From contig OY762492.1 in assembly GCA_963665845.2 (NCBI GenBank), positions 2,656,001 through 2,720,000 on the forward strand: DNA of 64,000 nt, in the 5' to 3' direction. Made by a program: the position numbers and the translations under genes. Shown here one piece after another: positions 27,313-37,087 of this stretch. Below the pieces are notes generated by a model that worked only from the letters and a program-made list of their open reading frames with translations, was not told the origin of the DNA and did not search any database. Every line of letters begins with the position of its first letter. The stretch's first letter is position 1. The stretch is from Candidatus Poribacteria bacterium (GTDB taxonomy: Bacteria > Poribacteria > WGA-4E > GCA-2687025).

Positions 27313-27357
27313 GAGGTTCTGAACTCGTCAATATCCCGACTTAAAGGGCTGGATCCG

Positions 27358-28389
27358 CTAGCAGGTTGAAAGAATATCCTCCGCGAGGCTTCCGCACAGC
27401 GCCTCAAACCCTTCGCGCCGAAACCGCGTCGGCGGTTCGATGATGTCGGGGCGGCCGATGACCGCGTAATGATCAACAGCCGCAAACCCGCGCGTCTCCC
27501 CCCATAGCTGCGACAATGTCGGGATGACGCCGTCTGTCAGCCGCGCGTCCGCCTTCACGCGCTCCGTCTTTGGCCAGATGCAGCCCTCCAAAACGGCAGG
27601 GCGCGGCGCGGCGCCTTTCTGCCATCGGGACGCATGATAATCCATGAAGGCGTATAGGCTCGCGCGGCGCGGCGCGCGGACTCCCGCCGCATAGCTGACA
27701 TAACGCACATTCGGCGCGTCCGTCATCCGCGCGGAAAGGCGGCGCATGCGCCCTGGGTTCATATCCTCCAACGCGCCGCTCAACTGCGACAGGCTGCGCA
27801 AATACTGCGCGACCGCCGGCAAACGCCCCTGCGGATCCTCCGCGGCATCTTCAAAAATGCTCAGGATGTCTCTCGGCGCGCCTTTCAGGCTTTTCTCCAG
27901 CGCATATTTCCGCGAGTCGAAAAAACGCCAGACCTGTTCAACCGCGTTCGGCTCCGCCATCTTCAACGCCGCGCGCGAGCAGAACGCCATGAACTTGTCA
28001 AAACGAACGGCGCGCCCAAAATCTGCCAGCGGCGTTCCAAAATGAGGCGACGCAATGCAGACCGCCGTCCGCAGACGCTCCTGAAGCGGCGCCGGCAGAT
28101 GTACAGAGACGGCGGGCGACGCAAGCCAGCGCGCGTCCAGACCGCCCATGCTATGCCCTACCAGATGCAGCGAACGGGGAAGCGGGCGCCCCTGACGGAA
28201 GAGGCGGACGATGTTGCGGCGGAGAATCTTGGCGCGCTGTTCAATCGAAGCGGCGGGGCGCGTCGGAACCGAGACAGGCTCTATGCCGCGCTTCAACAGC
28301 TCCGCCGACACCGCGCCCCAGTAGTGGAACCGCGGACCTGTCCCGACAAAACCCATATAGCCAGGTATCAGGACGGCAAGATGCCTCAT
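27358..28389 (-). CDS. Alpha/beta hydrolase, lipase-like
   Basis: GHSMGGLDAR nucleophile elbow, SPHFGTPLAD, TDGVIP, DH. Confidence 0.88.
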   Translation of the reverse strand: MRHLAVLIPGYMGFVGTGPRFHYWGAVSAELLKRGIEPVSVPTRPAASIEQRAKILRRNIVRLFRQGRPLPRSLHLVGHSMGGLDARWLASPAVSVHLPAPLQERLRTAVCIASPHFGTPLADFGRAVRFDKFMAFCSRAALKMAEPNAVEQVWRFFDSRKYALEKSLKGAPRDILSIFEDAAEDPQGRLPAVAQYLRSLSQLSGALEDMNPGRMRRLSARMTDAPNVRYVSYAAGVRAPRRASLYAFMDYHASRWQKGAAPRPAVLEGCIWPKTERVKADARLTDGVIPTLSQLWGETRGFAAVDHYAVIGRPDIIEPPTRFRREGFEALCGSLAEDILSTC

Positions 28390-29990
28390 TCTTCCGCTTC
28401 TTCGTTATACGCCGGCTTCACGAGGTAGATGTTGAACCGCTCATTCCCGATGGCCGCAGGTCCCATGAAGGACTGCAGCAATTCAATGCGCGGGTTTTCT
28501 TCTAAAACCTCTTCAGACAGGTTGCCGCTAAGCGCGATGAGCGTTTCATGGTCTCGGTCGAGCGCCGTCTGGGCGACCTCCCTCTTGCTGCCGCTTCGGC
28601 TGCGTTCTCGGTCCCAGCGCACAAACGAACCCCATCGGGAGCCGCGCTTGTAGTAAAACCGCTTATTTTCAAGATAGCCGACGATGGCACTGGTCGGCGC
28701 GTCCTCATGCGCGATGATGTAAGCGTCCTGATAGCCCGCCCCGCGCAGATACTCCGCCGCCTCCAGCGCCCTTGAAAAAACGATGCGCCGATCCCATCGG
28801 TGCGCCCGCAGCCCGCCGAACGCCTGAAGCGCAAACAGCAGCGTCAACCCGACCGCCGCGGCGCGTTTCCAGTGCGGATGCAGGCGCTTTAAAAAACGCG
28901 GAACCGCCAGCAGCGCGCTCCAGTACCGCGCTGTCCAAACGAGTGCCGCCAGCGTCAGATATAAAAACCCGTGATGGCGGATGCTGCCGGGGTACTTCAT
29001 ATAGAAAAAGGTCAACAGCCCGACGGTCGCCGCGCCGAAGGAGATCAGCGCGCCCGGGCGGCGCCATAAACTGACCGCAAACAGCGCCGCCAAACCGACG
29101 CTGAACCAGAGCTTATGCGCGCTGTAAAAGCTCCAGTCGTACAGCGCATTCGAACCCCAGCCGTTCTCTTTCGGCACCGCAAAGTACGCCCTGTTGAGGC
29201 GGTCTAGCATGTTGATCGCGCGGTTTGGATCCCAACTGGTGTGCCATCCGACCGCAAAGCCGTAGTCGGGGGGCGGCTTCAGCTGAAGAACCGCCGTCAA
29301 GATGCCGATGCCGATGAGCGCAAAGCCGACCCAGACGCGCCGCCGTTCGGAAGACGCCGCCTCGGCGATCTCGCGCCGGCTTATGAGCGCCTCCAGCGTC
29401 AGCCCGAACGCGAGCGCGATAACGACGATGAGCGCATGAACGCTTGTGTGGCACGCCAGCAGCAGCGCCAGTCCAAGCCAGTGAAAGTACTTGAACCGAT
29501 GTTGATACAGCGCCGCAAACGCAAACAGCAGCAGCATTCCGACGCCGTAATTTCGGCAGATGACCGCATACTCATAAGACGGAAAATAGCCGAACGCGAA
29601 CAGCAGGCGCGCGGCGGGATGAAACGGGGCGTAGCGCGTAAAAAGAAACACCGCCCCAGCCGCAATCGCCAGATGCAATATCTGCATCCCGACAGGCGAC
29701 CATGAGAGGCGCGTTACGGGCAGCAGCAGCAGGTGCCACAAGCCTGGATGCCCCTCGTATTTGAGATGGCGATGCAGGTCGATCGGTCCTGTGCTGTCGC
29801 GGGCGAGCAGCCATGCCTGTATTTCGTCGCGCCACATCTCATGCAGCCCCGCCGTCCAGCCGACAAACAGGACGAACGCCGCCGTGACCAGGATCGCAAA
29901 GAGCCGCTCCGTCCGCTTGTCAGGCGAGTCCCAGCGCATGAAGCTCCATACGTTTCCCCAGCGCGTCATACGGACGCTCCCTTCAGGCAT
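28386..29990 (-). CDS. Polytopic membrane protein, probable GT-C glycosyltransferase-like
   Basis: HEMWRDEIQAW (DE after TM1), YEGHPGLW, RNYG, about 11 TM segments. Confidence 0.65.
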   Translation of the reverse strand: MPEGSVRMTRWGNVWSFMRWDSPDKRTERLFAILVTAAFVLFVGWTAGLHEMWRDEIQAWLLARDSTGPIDLHRHLKYEGHPGLWHLLLLPVTRLSWSPVGMQILHLAIAAGAVFLFTRYAPFHPAARLLFAFGYFPSYEYAVICRNYGVGMLLLFAFAALYQHRFKYFHWLGLALLLACHTSVHALIVVIALAFGLTLEALISRREIAEAASSERRRVWVGFALIGIGILTAVLQLKPPPDYGFAVGWHTSWDPNRAINMLDRLNRAYFAVPKENGWGSNALYDWSFYSAHKLWFSVGLAALFAVSLWRRPGALISFGAATVGLLTFFYMKYPGSIRHHGFLYLTLAALVWTARYWSALLAVPRFLKRLHPHWKRAAAVGLTLLFALQAFGGLRAHRWDRRIVFSRALEAAEYLRGAGYQDAYIIAHEDAPTSAIVGYLENKRFYYKRGSRWGSFVRWDRERSRSGSKREVAQTALDRDHETLIALSGNLSEEVLEENPRIELLQSFMGPAAIGNERFNIYLVKPAYNEEAEE

Positions 29991-31056
29991 GTTCAGACAG
30001 CGGAAGAGAGACGCGCCTGCCCTCCCGCGCCGAGCGGTAAGCGCCCAAGATCATCTCGATGCACAGCTTGCCTTCTTGGGCGGTTGCATGGGTCGTCTGC
30101 CGGTCGGGGGACGGTTCTTTCAGGTAGTCGATGAACGGGCGGGCGACCGCGGCGATGCGTTCGCCATGCCCCGCCGGGACCGGAAAGCCGAGGTCCTGCC
30201 ACCCCTTCTCCGCCTCCGCCTGCCGCCATAGTTTTAAGCCGATCGGACTGGGAAGCGAGGCGGCGGTATTCGTGGAGGGTCCGTCGCCATGGTTCTGAAT
30301 GAGAACGCCCTCGTCGCCGTACACCTCCGTCGTGTTCTCGCCCGCCCAGATGACCGAGGAGTTGAACAGAATGCCCATCGCGCCGCTTTCAAAGCGGTAG
30401 ACTGCGCAGCCGGTGTCGTCCGGGGCGGCGGAGCTGAGCAGGTTGTCGATCTCGGCAACGACGCTGACCGGCTTGCCCATAACCCAGAGCAGAAAATCTG
30501 CCGCGTGGGAGGCGTCGTCCATCCACATGCCCATGTTTTTCACAGGGTCAACATGCCATGAGGAGTGGAACGATTCATGCAAAAGCGCGGGGATGCAGTG
30601 CCGGCGGCGGAGAATGCCGATCTTGCCTAAGGCGCCGTTTTGGACGAGATCGCGTATTTTCTGGTTCATCGGGTCTTGGCGCATTTGGTAACCCATGGAG
30701 AACAGGACGCCCGCCTCCTCCACATCCGCAATGATCTGGTCGCAGTCTTCTAAAGTGAGAGCCATCGGTTTTTGGAGAAGGATATGTTTGCCCGCGCGCG
30801 CGGCGATCCGTACCATTTCGGCGTGGCGGTAGGTTTCGATGCCGATCATGACCGCGTCCACATCGGCGCGTTCAACCAGCTCTTCTGGCGAGTCGCAGAA
30901 AGGCATGCTGTACCGCTGGGCGGCGGCGGAACCGCGCGCGGCGTTGTCGTCCCAGCAGGCGGCTAAATGCGCGTCCTCAAAGCCGTGTATCTGCGCGCAG
31001 TAGGCGTTTAGATGCCCATGCGCCAGGCTCATGATTCCGATGCCGATCGATTTCAT
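29983..31056 (-). CDS. Gfo/Idh/MocA family oxidoreductase
   Basis: GKHILLQKPMALTLEDC, GALGKI, DDASHAAD. Confidence 0.9.
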   Translation of the reverse strand: MKSIGIGIMSLAHGHLNAYCAQIHGFEDAHLAACWDDNAARGSAAAQRYSMPFCDSPEELVERADVDAVMIGIETYRHAEMVRIAARAGKHILLQKPMALTLEDCDQIIADVEEAGVLFSMGYQMRQDPMNQKIRDLVQNGALGKIGILRRRHCIPALLHESFHSSWHVDPVKNMGMWMDDASHAADFLLWVMGKPVSVVAEIDNLLSSAAPDDTGCAVYRFESGAMGILFNSSVIWAGENTTEVYGDEGVLIQNHGDGPSTNTAASLPSPIGLKLWRQAEAEKGWQDLGFPVPAGHGERIAAVARPFIDYLKEPSPDRQTTHATAQEGKLCIEMILGAYRSAREGRRVSLPLSEHA

Positions 31057-31163
31057 CCGTTCTCCTTTGCTGACAACCATACGCCCCACATGATAGCGCT
31101 AATGGAGTTCCGATGGTTCCCCTTTGAAAAGGGGGCTAGATGGGTTTGAGGCGCGGTAGGCGT

Positions 31164-31457
31164 CTAGTTATCGTCGTCTGTGCGCTCGCGCATCTTTTCT
31201 GCCGTTTGTTCAGTGTCAGGTTGCCGCAGCGTTTCCAGCTCTCGCGCGCGGAGGGCGTCTTCCAGCATGAGCGTCAGGTCGGCGTATTGCTTGTCCATGC
31301 GCTCGCGCAGCGCCGCCATCTCTTGCCGTATCTGCTCCAGCTCCCGCTCTTTTTTAGCGGCATTGCGGAGGCGCGCCTTGTCATTAACGATCATTATCGC
31401 TACAAAAAAGATAATCCAGATAACTGGCATAATCAATTGTGATTCAGCGAGCCACAT
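31164..31457 (-). CDS. Small single-TM coiled-coil protein (array member)
   Basis: TM followed by EMAALRERMDKQYADLTL. Confidence 0.75.
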   Translation of the reverse strand: MWLAESQLIMPVIWIIFFVAIMIVNDKARLRNAAKKERELEQIRQEMAALRERMDKQYADLTLMLEDALRARELETLRQPDTEQTAEKMRERTDDDN

Positions 31458-31509
31458 CGCTGCGCCTTTCTCTTCGTTTCAAGCTGCCGCCCCGCCGCGC
31501 TCAACGACT

Positions 31510-31683
31510 CTAGTTTCGCTTATCCCCTTCGCCGTTTCTGTGAGGACGAAAATTTAGACGCGCCCTCTTGGAGGCGCGCCGACGGGCAAGCAGCGACACG
31601 ATCACGGCGGCAACTCCGATGATATAAAAACACAGCGCCGTTATCAGCCATTCAACCGCTTTTGAGATGGTTTGAGCGTCCAT
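31510..31683 (-). CDS. Small single-TM protein, 57 aa (absent from the ORF track)
   Basis: MDAQTISKAVEWLITALCFYIIGVAAVIVSLLARRRASKR...; AGAAGGTG upstream; fills the gap in the array. Confidence 0.55.
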   Translation of the reverse strand: MDAQTISKAVEWLITALCFYIIGVAAVIVSLLARRRASKRARLNFRPHRNGEGDKRN

Positions 31684-31698
31684 TGTTCACCTTCTTTC

Positions 31699-32007
31699 TT
31701 ACCGTTCTTCATCTTCCGTTTGCTCTAGCGCTAACGCCTCGCGTTCTTCTTGACCGCCGCCAAGCTCGCGGCGAACCGCCTTCTCGCTGCGCAGCTCCTC
31801 CAGCGACAAGGTCACGTTCGCGTATTGGTCGTCAAAACGTTCGCGCAGCGCCGCCATCTCGTTCTGCATCGCCTCCAGCGTTTTCTTCAGATCGGCATTT
31901 TCCTTTTTGGATTGGAATCTGGAGCGCAGCTGTGAGAACACTATGATCCCCCAAAGCCCGACGATTCCCATACCGACAATGATCAAAACAAAGAGATAAC
32001 CGTTCAT
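31699..32007 (-). CDS. Small single-TM coiled-coil protein (array member)
   Basis: FVLIIVGMGIVG; EMAALRERFDDQYANVTL. Confidence 0.8.
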   Translation of the reverse strand: MNGYLFVLIIVGMGIVGLWGIIVFSQLRSRFQSKKENADLKKTLEAMQNEMAALRERFDDQYANVTLSLEELRSEKAVRRELGGGQEEREALALEQTEDEER

Positions 32008-32034
32008 TTGTCCGCCCTTCCGTCTTCAGCCGAT

Positions 32035-32349
32035 TCATTCTTTGCCGTCATCCGTCCGCGTTTGCTCTAGCGCTAACGTCTCGCGCTCGCGTTGTTCGTC
32101 GGGGAGCTGGAGCTGCGCCGCCGTTTGACTGCGCAGATCGTCCAGCGCCAAGGTCACGTTCGCGTATTGGCTGTCAAAGCGCTGACGCATCTCCGCCATC
32201 TCGTTCAGCGCCGCCTTCAGCTCTTCCTTAAGGGCGGCATTCTCCTTTTTGGATCGGGATCTGTCGCGCAAAGCTCCGAGCAGTATACTCCCCCAACGAC
32301 CGACGATTCCCATACCGATAATGATCAGAACAAAGACAAAAAAGTTCAT
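32035..32349 (-). CDS. Small single-TM coiled-coil protein (array member)
   Basis: FVLIIIGMGIVG; EMAEMRQRFDSQYANVTL; paralog of 31699. Confidence 0.8.
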   Translation of the reverse strand: MNFFVFVLIIIGMGIVGRWGSILLGALRDRSRSKKENAALKEELKAALNEMAEMRQRFDSQYANVTLALDDLRSQTAAQLQLPDEQRERETLALEQTRTDDGKE

Positions 32350-32378
32350 TGTCAGCCTTTCTGTTTTCTGCCGGCGCG

Positions 32379-33853
32379 TCAAAGATACCCCAGCTCCTCC
32401 AACCGCGCCGCGATCTTCGCCTCATCCTCTTCAGAGTACGCCTCCGCTTCCGCCTCGTCCTCCTCCAGCAGGTTGGCGCCTTGCGCGTCCGTCGGCGGCT
32501 CAACGCCCAGCAGGTCTAAGACGGTCGGCGCGATATCCAGCAGGCTCATGCCCAGGCGCGGCGACGGCTCATGCTCAACGCCCGGACCCGCCGCGATGAA
32601 GACGCCGCGTTCCGCGTGGTTCGCGTCGTCCGGCCCCGTGTCGTTCTCAAACGTGTAAATATGCCCCGACCCGACCTGCCCGATGGAGCGCCAATGCAGC
32701 CCGCCGAACTCCGCTATCAGATCGGGCGCGGCGCCGTTCACCTGGGCGTACAGATCTTCAGGGCGGCGCACCCGCGTTCCGATCGGTTTGCCTTCGTTAT
32801 CGCCCAGCGCCTCTAGGCTTTCGATGATCTCGTCGCGCAGCGTTTCAACCTGCGCCTTCGGGACGGCGCCTTGCGGCTCGCGCCCCTTGATGTTCAGGAA
32901 AATGCGCCCATAATAACCGCCCTCTCCCCATACGCGCGTTTTTTGCCAGTCGATCATCTCTGCGGTCAGGCGCGTCGGTTCGGGCGGCGCCTCTTTGAGC
33001 GTCAAATACCCGTTCTGGATGAGCCACTCGTTGAGGCAGATTCCGCCGTCCATGCGTTTCGCGCCATGGTCGGAGGCGATCAGGACGGTCGTTTCGTCGC
33101 CGAGTATGTCCATGAACCGCCCGATTTCGGCGTCCATCTCGACATAAAAATCGCGCACAACGTTTTCATACGGGTTGCCCTGTTCATACAGCCGATGCCG
33201 CGGGTCCACATACCGCCAAAATGCGTGGTGAAGCCTGTCGACCGCCATGACGACCATCGCAAAGAAACGCCATGGCTTCGTCTGCGCGAGTCGGCGGGCG
33301 GCGGCGAACCGCTTCCGCATCATTTCGTACAGCTGCGTCAACAGCGCGTCTTTCGGCTCCATGCGGAAATTGCGGACATCGAACAGATAGCCGCCGGCGG
33401 CGCGGTTCACCTCCGCCGCGAGCGAAGCGGGGTGCGTGAAAACGCGGTCGGCGTCCGGCGTCAAAAAGCAAGAGACGAGACAGCCGTTCATCGGACGCGG
33501 CGGATAGCTGGGCGGAACGCCGACAACGACGCTTTGTTCCGACATGGAGCCGAGTATGTCCCACAAGGTCGGCGCCTTGATCGAACGGAGGAGGCGAGCG
33601 ACAACGGCGCATAGGAATGATCAGCGCGGTTTCGGAAGCCGTACACGCCCAACGCTCCTGGGTCGCGGCTCGTCATCATGCACATCCATGCGGGAACGGT
33701 GATGGGCGGCGAGACGCTTTCCAGTTCGCCGTGGACGCCGCGGTCCGCCAGCGCTTTCAGATTCGGCAAGCCGTTCAAACTTTTTCCAAACAGAAACTGC
33801 GGCGTCAAGCAGTCGATGCCGATGAGCGCGACTCGTTCCGTTTTCTTTACCAT
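32379..33853 (-). pseudogene. Type I phosphodiesterase / nucleotide pyrophosphatase (AlkP superfamily) with a 1-nt frameshift near 33587
   Basis: N-part (IGIDC, PPITVPAW, GFRNR) lies in one frame and the C-part (KAPTLWDIL, SDHG, GPDDANH, RLEELGYL) in another. Adding one C in TCCTCC[C]GTTCG joins them. Confidence 0.8.
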
Positions 33854-34536
33854 TTTGCGTTCATCGCAAAGCGGGGCTGGGCGCTGACATTCATGCTGCC
33901 GCTGTGGGCGGTGAAGATGCTGTAAAAGAGAATGTCGCCGCGCTTCGGCGTCGTTTCGACAGGCGCGCCGATGTCCAAATCTCGAAACGCCTGCGCCAAT
34001 TCCCACATGAGCGCATACGCTTCAGGATTGCTGCGCGCGAGCGAAACCGCTTTCAGATGCGACTTTGGCCAGACAAGCGTCCCGCCGCCATGCTTCGGCA
34101 CATCGTTTAAAAACAGCATGGAGGCAAGGCGGCATGGCGTCGGGAAGGTTTTGTGACCATGCTCTTTGATGGAGTGGTCAAGGTGCGGTCCGCCGGGGCG
34201 CCATTCGCCCTCGGTCGGAAAGATGTTGATGCAGTAGGCGCCGCCGGGCGGGCGGTAGGCGTCCTGAACAGGAGGCGCGTCGCCCAGCTGCGCGACCGCC
34301 GCCATCGCTTCGGGCGTGTAACAGGCGGTCAGGTCGGGGTCTTTAAACACCTGATGCCCTCTCGGCGCGTCCGCCCATGCCGCCGGGTTGTCAGGGTCCA
34401 GTTTCAGGTTGCGCCACATGGCGTCGTAGGCGCGGCGGGCGGTCTCGTCGGGCACCAGACCCGATGCGAGCAGATACCCGTTCTCCAAATAATACTCGAT
34501 TTGCTCCTGCGTCAGCGGAGCCGCTGTTTCATTCAT
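33847..34536 (-). CDS. Phytanoyl-CoA dioxygenase (PhyH) family, canonical HxD
   Basis: LTQEQIEYYLENGYL, PHLD, GGGTLVWPKSH, GDILF...HSG..N...R. Confidence 0.88.
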   Translation of the reverse strand: MNETAAPLTQEQIEYYLENGYLLASGLVPDETARRAYDAMWRNLKLDPDNPAAWADAPRGHQVFKDPDLTACYTPEAMAAVAQLGDAPPVQDAYRPPGGAYCINIFPTEGEWRPGGPHLDHSIKEHGHKTFPTPCRLASMLFLNDVPKHGGGTLVWPKSHLKAVSLARSNPEAYALMWELAQAFRDLDIGAPVETTPKRGDILFYSIFTAHSGSMNVSAQPRFAMNAKW

Positions 34537-35248
34537 GCCGTTGCCTTTCATGATCGTTCTCGAACCTCATCTTGCACAATTCAGCAATCTCATTGATCTC
34601 AACGCCCCGCCAGTTTTCCACCTCCGATCGATGCGGATCGTAGACATCGGTCAGGTCAACCCGTATCAGTATCGGAAACATGCCGACAGCCGCGGCTCCT
34701 GTCAGCTCTTCGCTGCTTCCGTCTCCAATATAGACGCATTCCAGCGGCTTTACATTCAACCGGCGGCATGCGGTCTCATAGATCGCCCGCGCCGGCTTCT
34801 GGATCCGCTCCTCGCATGAGAACGCCGCCGCGTCTATATATGTTGCCAAGGGCGATTGGGGAAAACATTTCACCGTGTCCGATGCGCAATTTGTGATCAT
34901 GCCGAGAAGCAGCCCGCGCGATTTTAATTCGGCGAGAGCGTTCAACGTTTCAGCGTCAGGAATGAGCGCCTTTTGGGTGAATCGATACCTCAGGGCGGCC
35001 GCCTGCGCTATCTGCGGGCGGTTCGCTTTTCTGCCTAAACGCCTGCATGCCTCGACAAGGTTTTCTTCTACGGAACGGCCTTTTCCTACGGCGCGCTCAT
35101 AAAACAGCCGCTTCATTGCTTCCCGAAATTCAGGATACGGCGCATGCAATACCGCCGCTGTTTCCTCTAAAACTTGATCATACGCCCTGCGGCTATAGGA
35201 CGGTACCAACGTTCCGAACAGATCAAAGATGAGCGCTTTATACCGCAT
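34529..35248 (-). CDS. HAD-superfamily hydrolase
   Basis: IFDLFGTL, ITNC, KP, YIGDGSSEELTGA. Confidence 0.9.
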   Translation of the reverse strand: MRYKALIFDLFGTLVPSYSRRAYDQVLEETAAVLHAPYPEFREAMKRLFYERAVGKGRSVEENLVEACRRLGRKANRPQIAQAAALRYRFTQKALIPDAETLNALAELKSRGLLLGMITNCASDTVKCFPQSPLATYIDAAAFSCEERIQKPARAIYETACRRLNVKPLECVYIGDGSSEELTGAAAVGMFPILIRVDLTDVYDPHRSEVENWRGVEINEIAELCKMRFENDHERQRHE

Positions 35249-35258
35249 TTTTTGAACG

Positions 35259-36017
35259 TTAAAGCGGAGCGTTTGACAAATCAGGCTCCTGCCAGACGCC
35301 CGACGCCGCGTTCGTTAAGACCGCTCTCTGGGACGGCGAGACCGCCGCCAGCGTCCTCGGCGACGGCTGATAGCCCGGCCACACCGCCGCGTCCGCCCGC
35401 CCAAAGTTGACGATGATCGTCTTGCGCGTTTTGTTGGAGCGGTTCGGCAACCCGTTATGCAGCAGCCCCTCATTGAAGAGGATAATGTCGCCCGCCTCAA
35501 CGTCGTCAAACGCATGCGGCTCTTGCCCGTCAACGCCTGGGCGGTGCGAACCCGGCGCTACGGCGAATTCGCCCTCCTCGGCGCCGACATCGGTCAAGCA
35601 GTAAAAAACCTTCACCATCGGGCAGATGAACGCCCCGCGCGACACATGCCCGTTCGCATGGCTGCTGACGCCCCGGTGCCATCTGCCGCCTTCGTAGCCT
35701 GGATACGTATAGTACAGCTCATTGTCGATATGCCGATAGTCGGCGCCAAGAAACGTCTCCAGATACGGCGCGGCGGCGGGATGGTTTAAAAAACAGGCGA
35801 AGCGCGGATCCGCGTCGATGATGCGCGACACGGGGCGGTTCAGCTGATGCCGTATGCGATCGGGGTCGTCCGCGTTCAGCGCTTCAATATCGGACGACTC
35901 CGCCTCCGCCGCCCATTTCAGCGTTTCCGCGACCTCATCGGGCTTCATGCCGTTTTTGAGATGCAGATAGCCGAGAACGTCAAACGCGCCTCCGATCTCT
36001 TTGCGGGGATCGTTCAT
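35259..36017 (-). CDS. PhyH-family Fe(II)/2-oxoglutarate enzyme with an HxG motif (candidate halogenase)
   Basis: FDVLGYL, WHRG, FYCLTDV..EEGEFAVAPGSH, AGDIILFNEGLLHNG..N....RK. Confidence 0.85.
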   Translation of the reverse strand: MNDPRKEIGGAFDVLGYLHLKNGMKPDEVAETLKWAAEAESSDIEALNADDPDRIRHQLNRPVSRIIDADPRFACFLNHPAAAPYLETFLGADYRHIDNELYYTYPGYEGGRWHRGVSSHANGHVSRGAFICPMVKVFYCLTDVGAEEGEFAVAPGSHRPGVDGQEPHAFDDVEAGDIILFNEGLLHNGLPNRSNKTRKTIIVNFGRADAAVWPGYQPSPRTLAAVSPSQRAVLTNAASGVWQEPDLSNAPL

Positions 36018-37087
36018 GGGGACGGCCGCTCGTCTTCTGGGACATCCTGATAAACCTCCTCCAGCGAATGGAACCCGTCCTTGACGACAACGCTGTACAG
36101 GTTGTTTTTGTCGACCTGGACAGGGTCCAGCAGGACCGACGGCACATCGATTTTGCCGTTCGGGGTTGTCTGGTTTGCCGCGGGCTTTTCGCCTTTCGCC
36201 AGGGCGACCGCCAGCTCGGCGGCGCGTTCGGCAAGCGGCTTCAACGGCTTATACACCGTCATCGTCTGCAGACCGGCGGCGATGCGTTGACAGGCGGCAA
36301 GGTCGGCGTCCTGCCCGCTCACCGCTGTTTTCCCGGCGAGACCCTGCGCGCGCAGCGCCTCCACGGCGCCGCCCGCCGTCCCGTCGTTCGAAGCGACGAT
36401 GGCGTCGATCATGTTGCGGTTTGCTGTCAAAGCGTTCTCCACATGCGCCAGCGCCGCGTCAGGGTCCCAGTTGTCTGTCCATTGCTGTCCGACGACCGTC
36501 ACGGCGCCCGATTCGATGAGCGGCATCAAGGCGCGCATCTGCCCTTGTCGCAGCAGCAGCGCGTTGTTGTCGGACGGCGAGCCGCCCAGCAGAAAGTAGT
36601 TGCCCTTCGGGACAACGCGCGTCAGATACTCCGCCTGCATATATCCGACCCGCTCATTGTCGAACGAGATATACAGGTCCAGATCGCAGTTTCGGATGAT
36701 GCGGTCGTAGGCGAGGACGGGGACGCCCGCCTTTTTCGCCGCTTCCACAATCGCCGCGGCGGCTTCGCCGTCGCGCGGGATGACGACCAGCGCGTCCACG
36801 CCCTGCGCGAGCAGGTTTTCCGCCTGCGAATTCTGTCGGTCGGCGCTGCCGTCCGCCGATTGAACCAGCGCCTCGCCGCCCAGCTCCTCAACGCGCGCCT
36901 TGAACAGGTCTCTGTCCCGCTTCCACCGCTCCACGCGCAGCGAGTCCATCGACAAGCCGATGCGCAGCGTCCCCGTTTTTTCCGCCTTTTCCGTCTTCTC
37001 CGTTTCTTCCGTTTTCTCCGGCGAGGGGCAACCCGCCAGAAACGCGCACAGCGCCGCCGCCGCCATCCATACCGTTAATCGCCGCAT
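36014..37087 (-). CDS. xylF: D-xylose ABC transporter substrate-binding lipoprotein
   Basis: Lipobox LAGC, ERWKRDRD, LAYDRII, ISFDNERVG, SNDGTAGG, SGQDADL, MTVYKP. Confidence 0.88.
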   Translation of the reverse strand: MRRLTVWMAAAALCAFLAGCPSPEKTEETEKTEKAEKTGTLRIGLSMDSLRVERWKRDRDLFKARVEELGGEALVQSADGSADRQNSQAENLLAQGVDALVVIPRDGEAAAAIVEAAKKAGVPVLAYDRIIRNCDLDLYISFDNERVGYMQAEYLTRVVPKGNYFLLGGSPSDNNALLLRQGQMRALMPLIESGAVTVVGQQWTDNWDPDAALAHVENALTANRNMIDAIVASNDGTAGGAVEALRAQGLAGKTAVSGQDADLAACQRIAAGLQTMTVYKPLKPLAERAAELAVALAKGEKPAANQTTPNGKIDVPSVLLDPVQVDKNNLYSVVVKDGFHSLEEVYQDVPEDERPSP

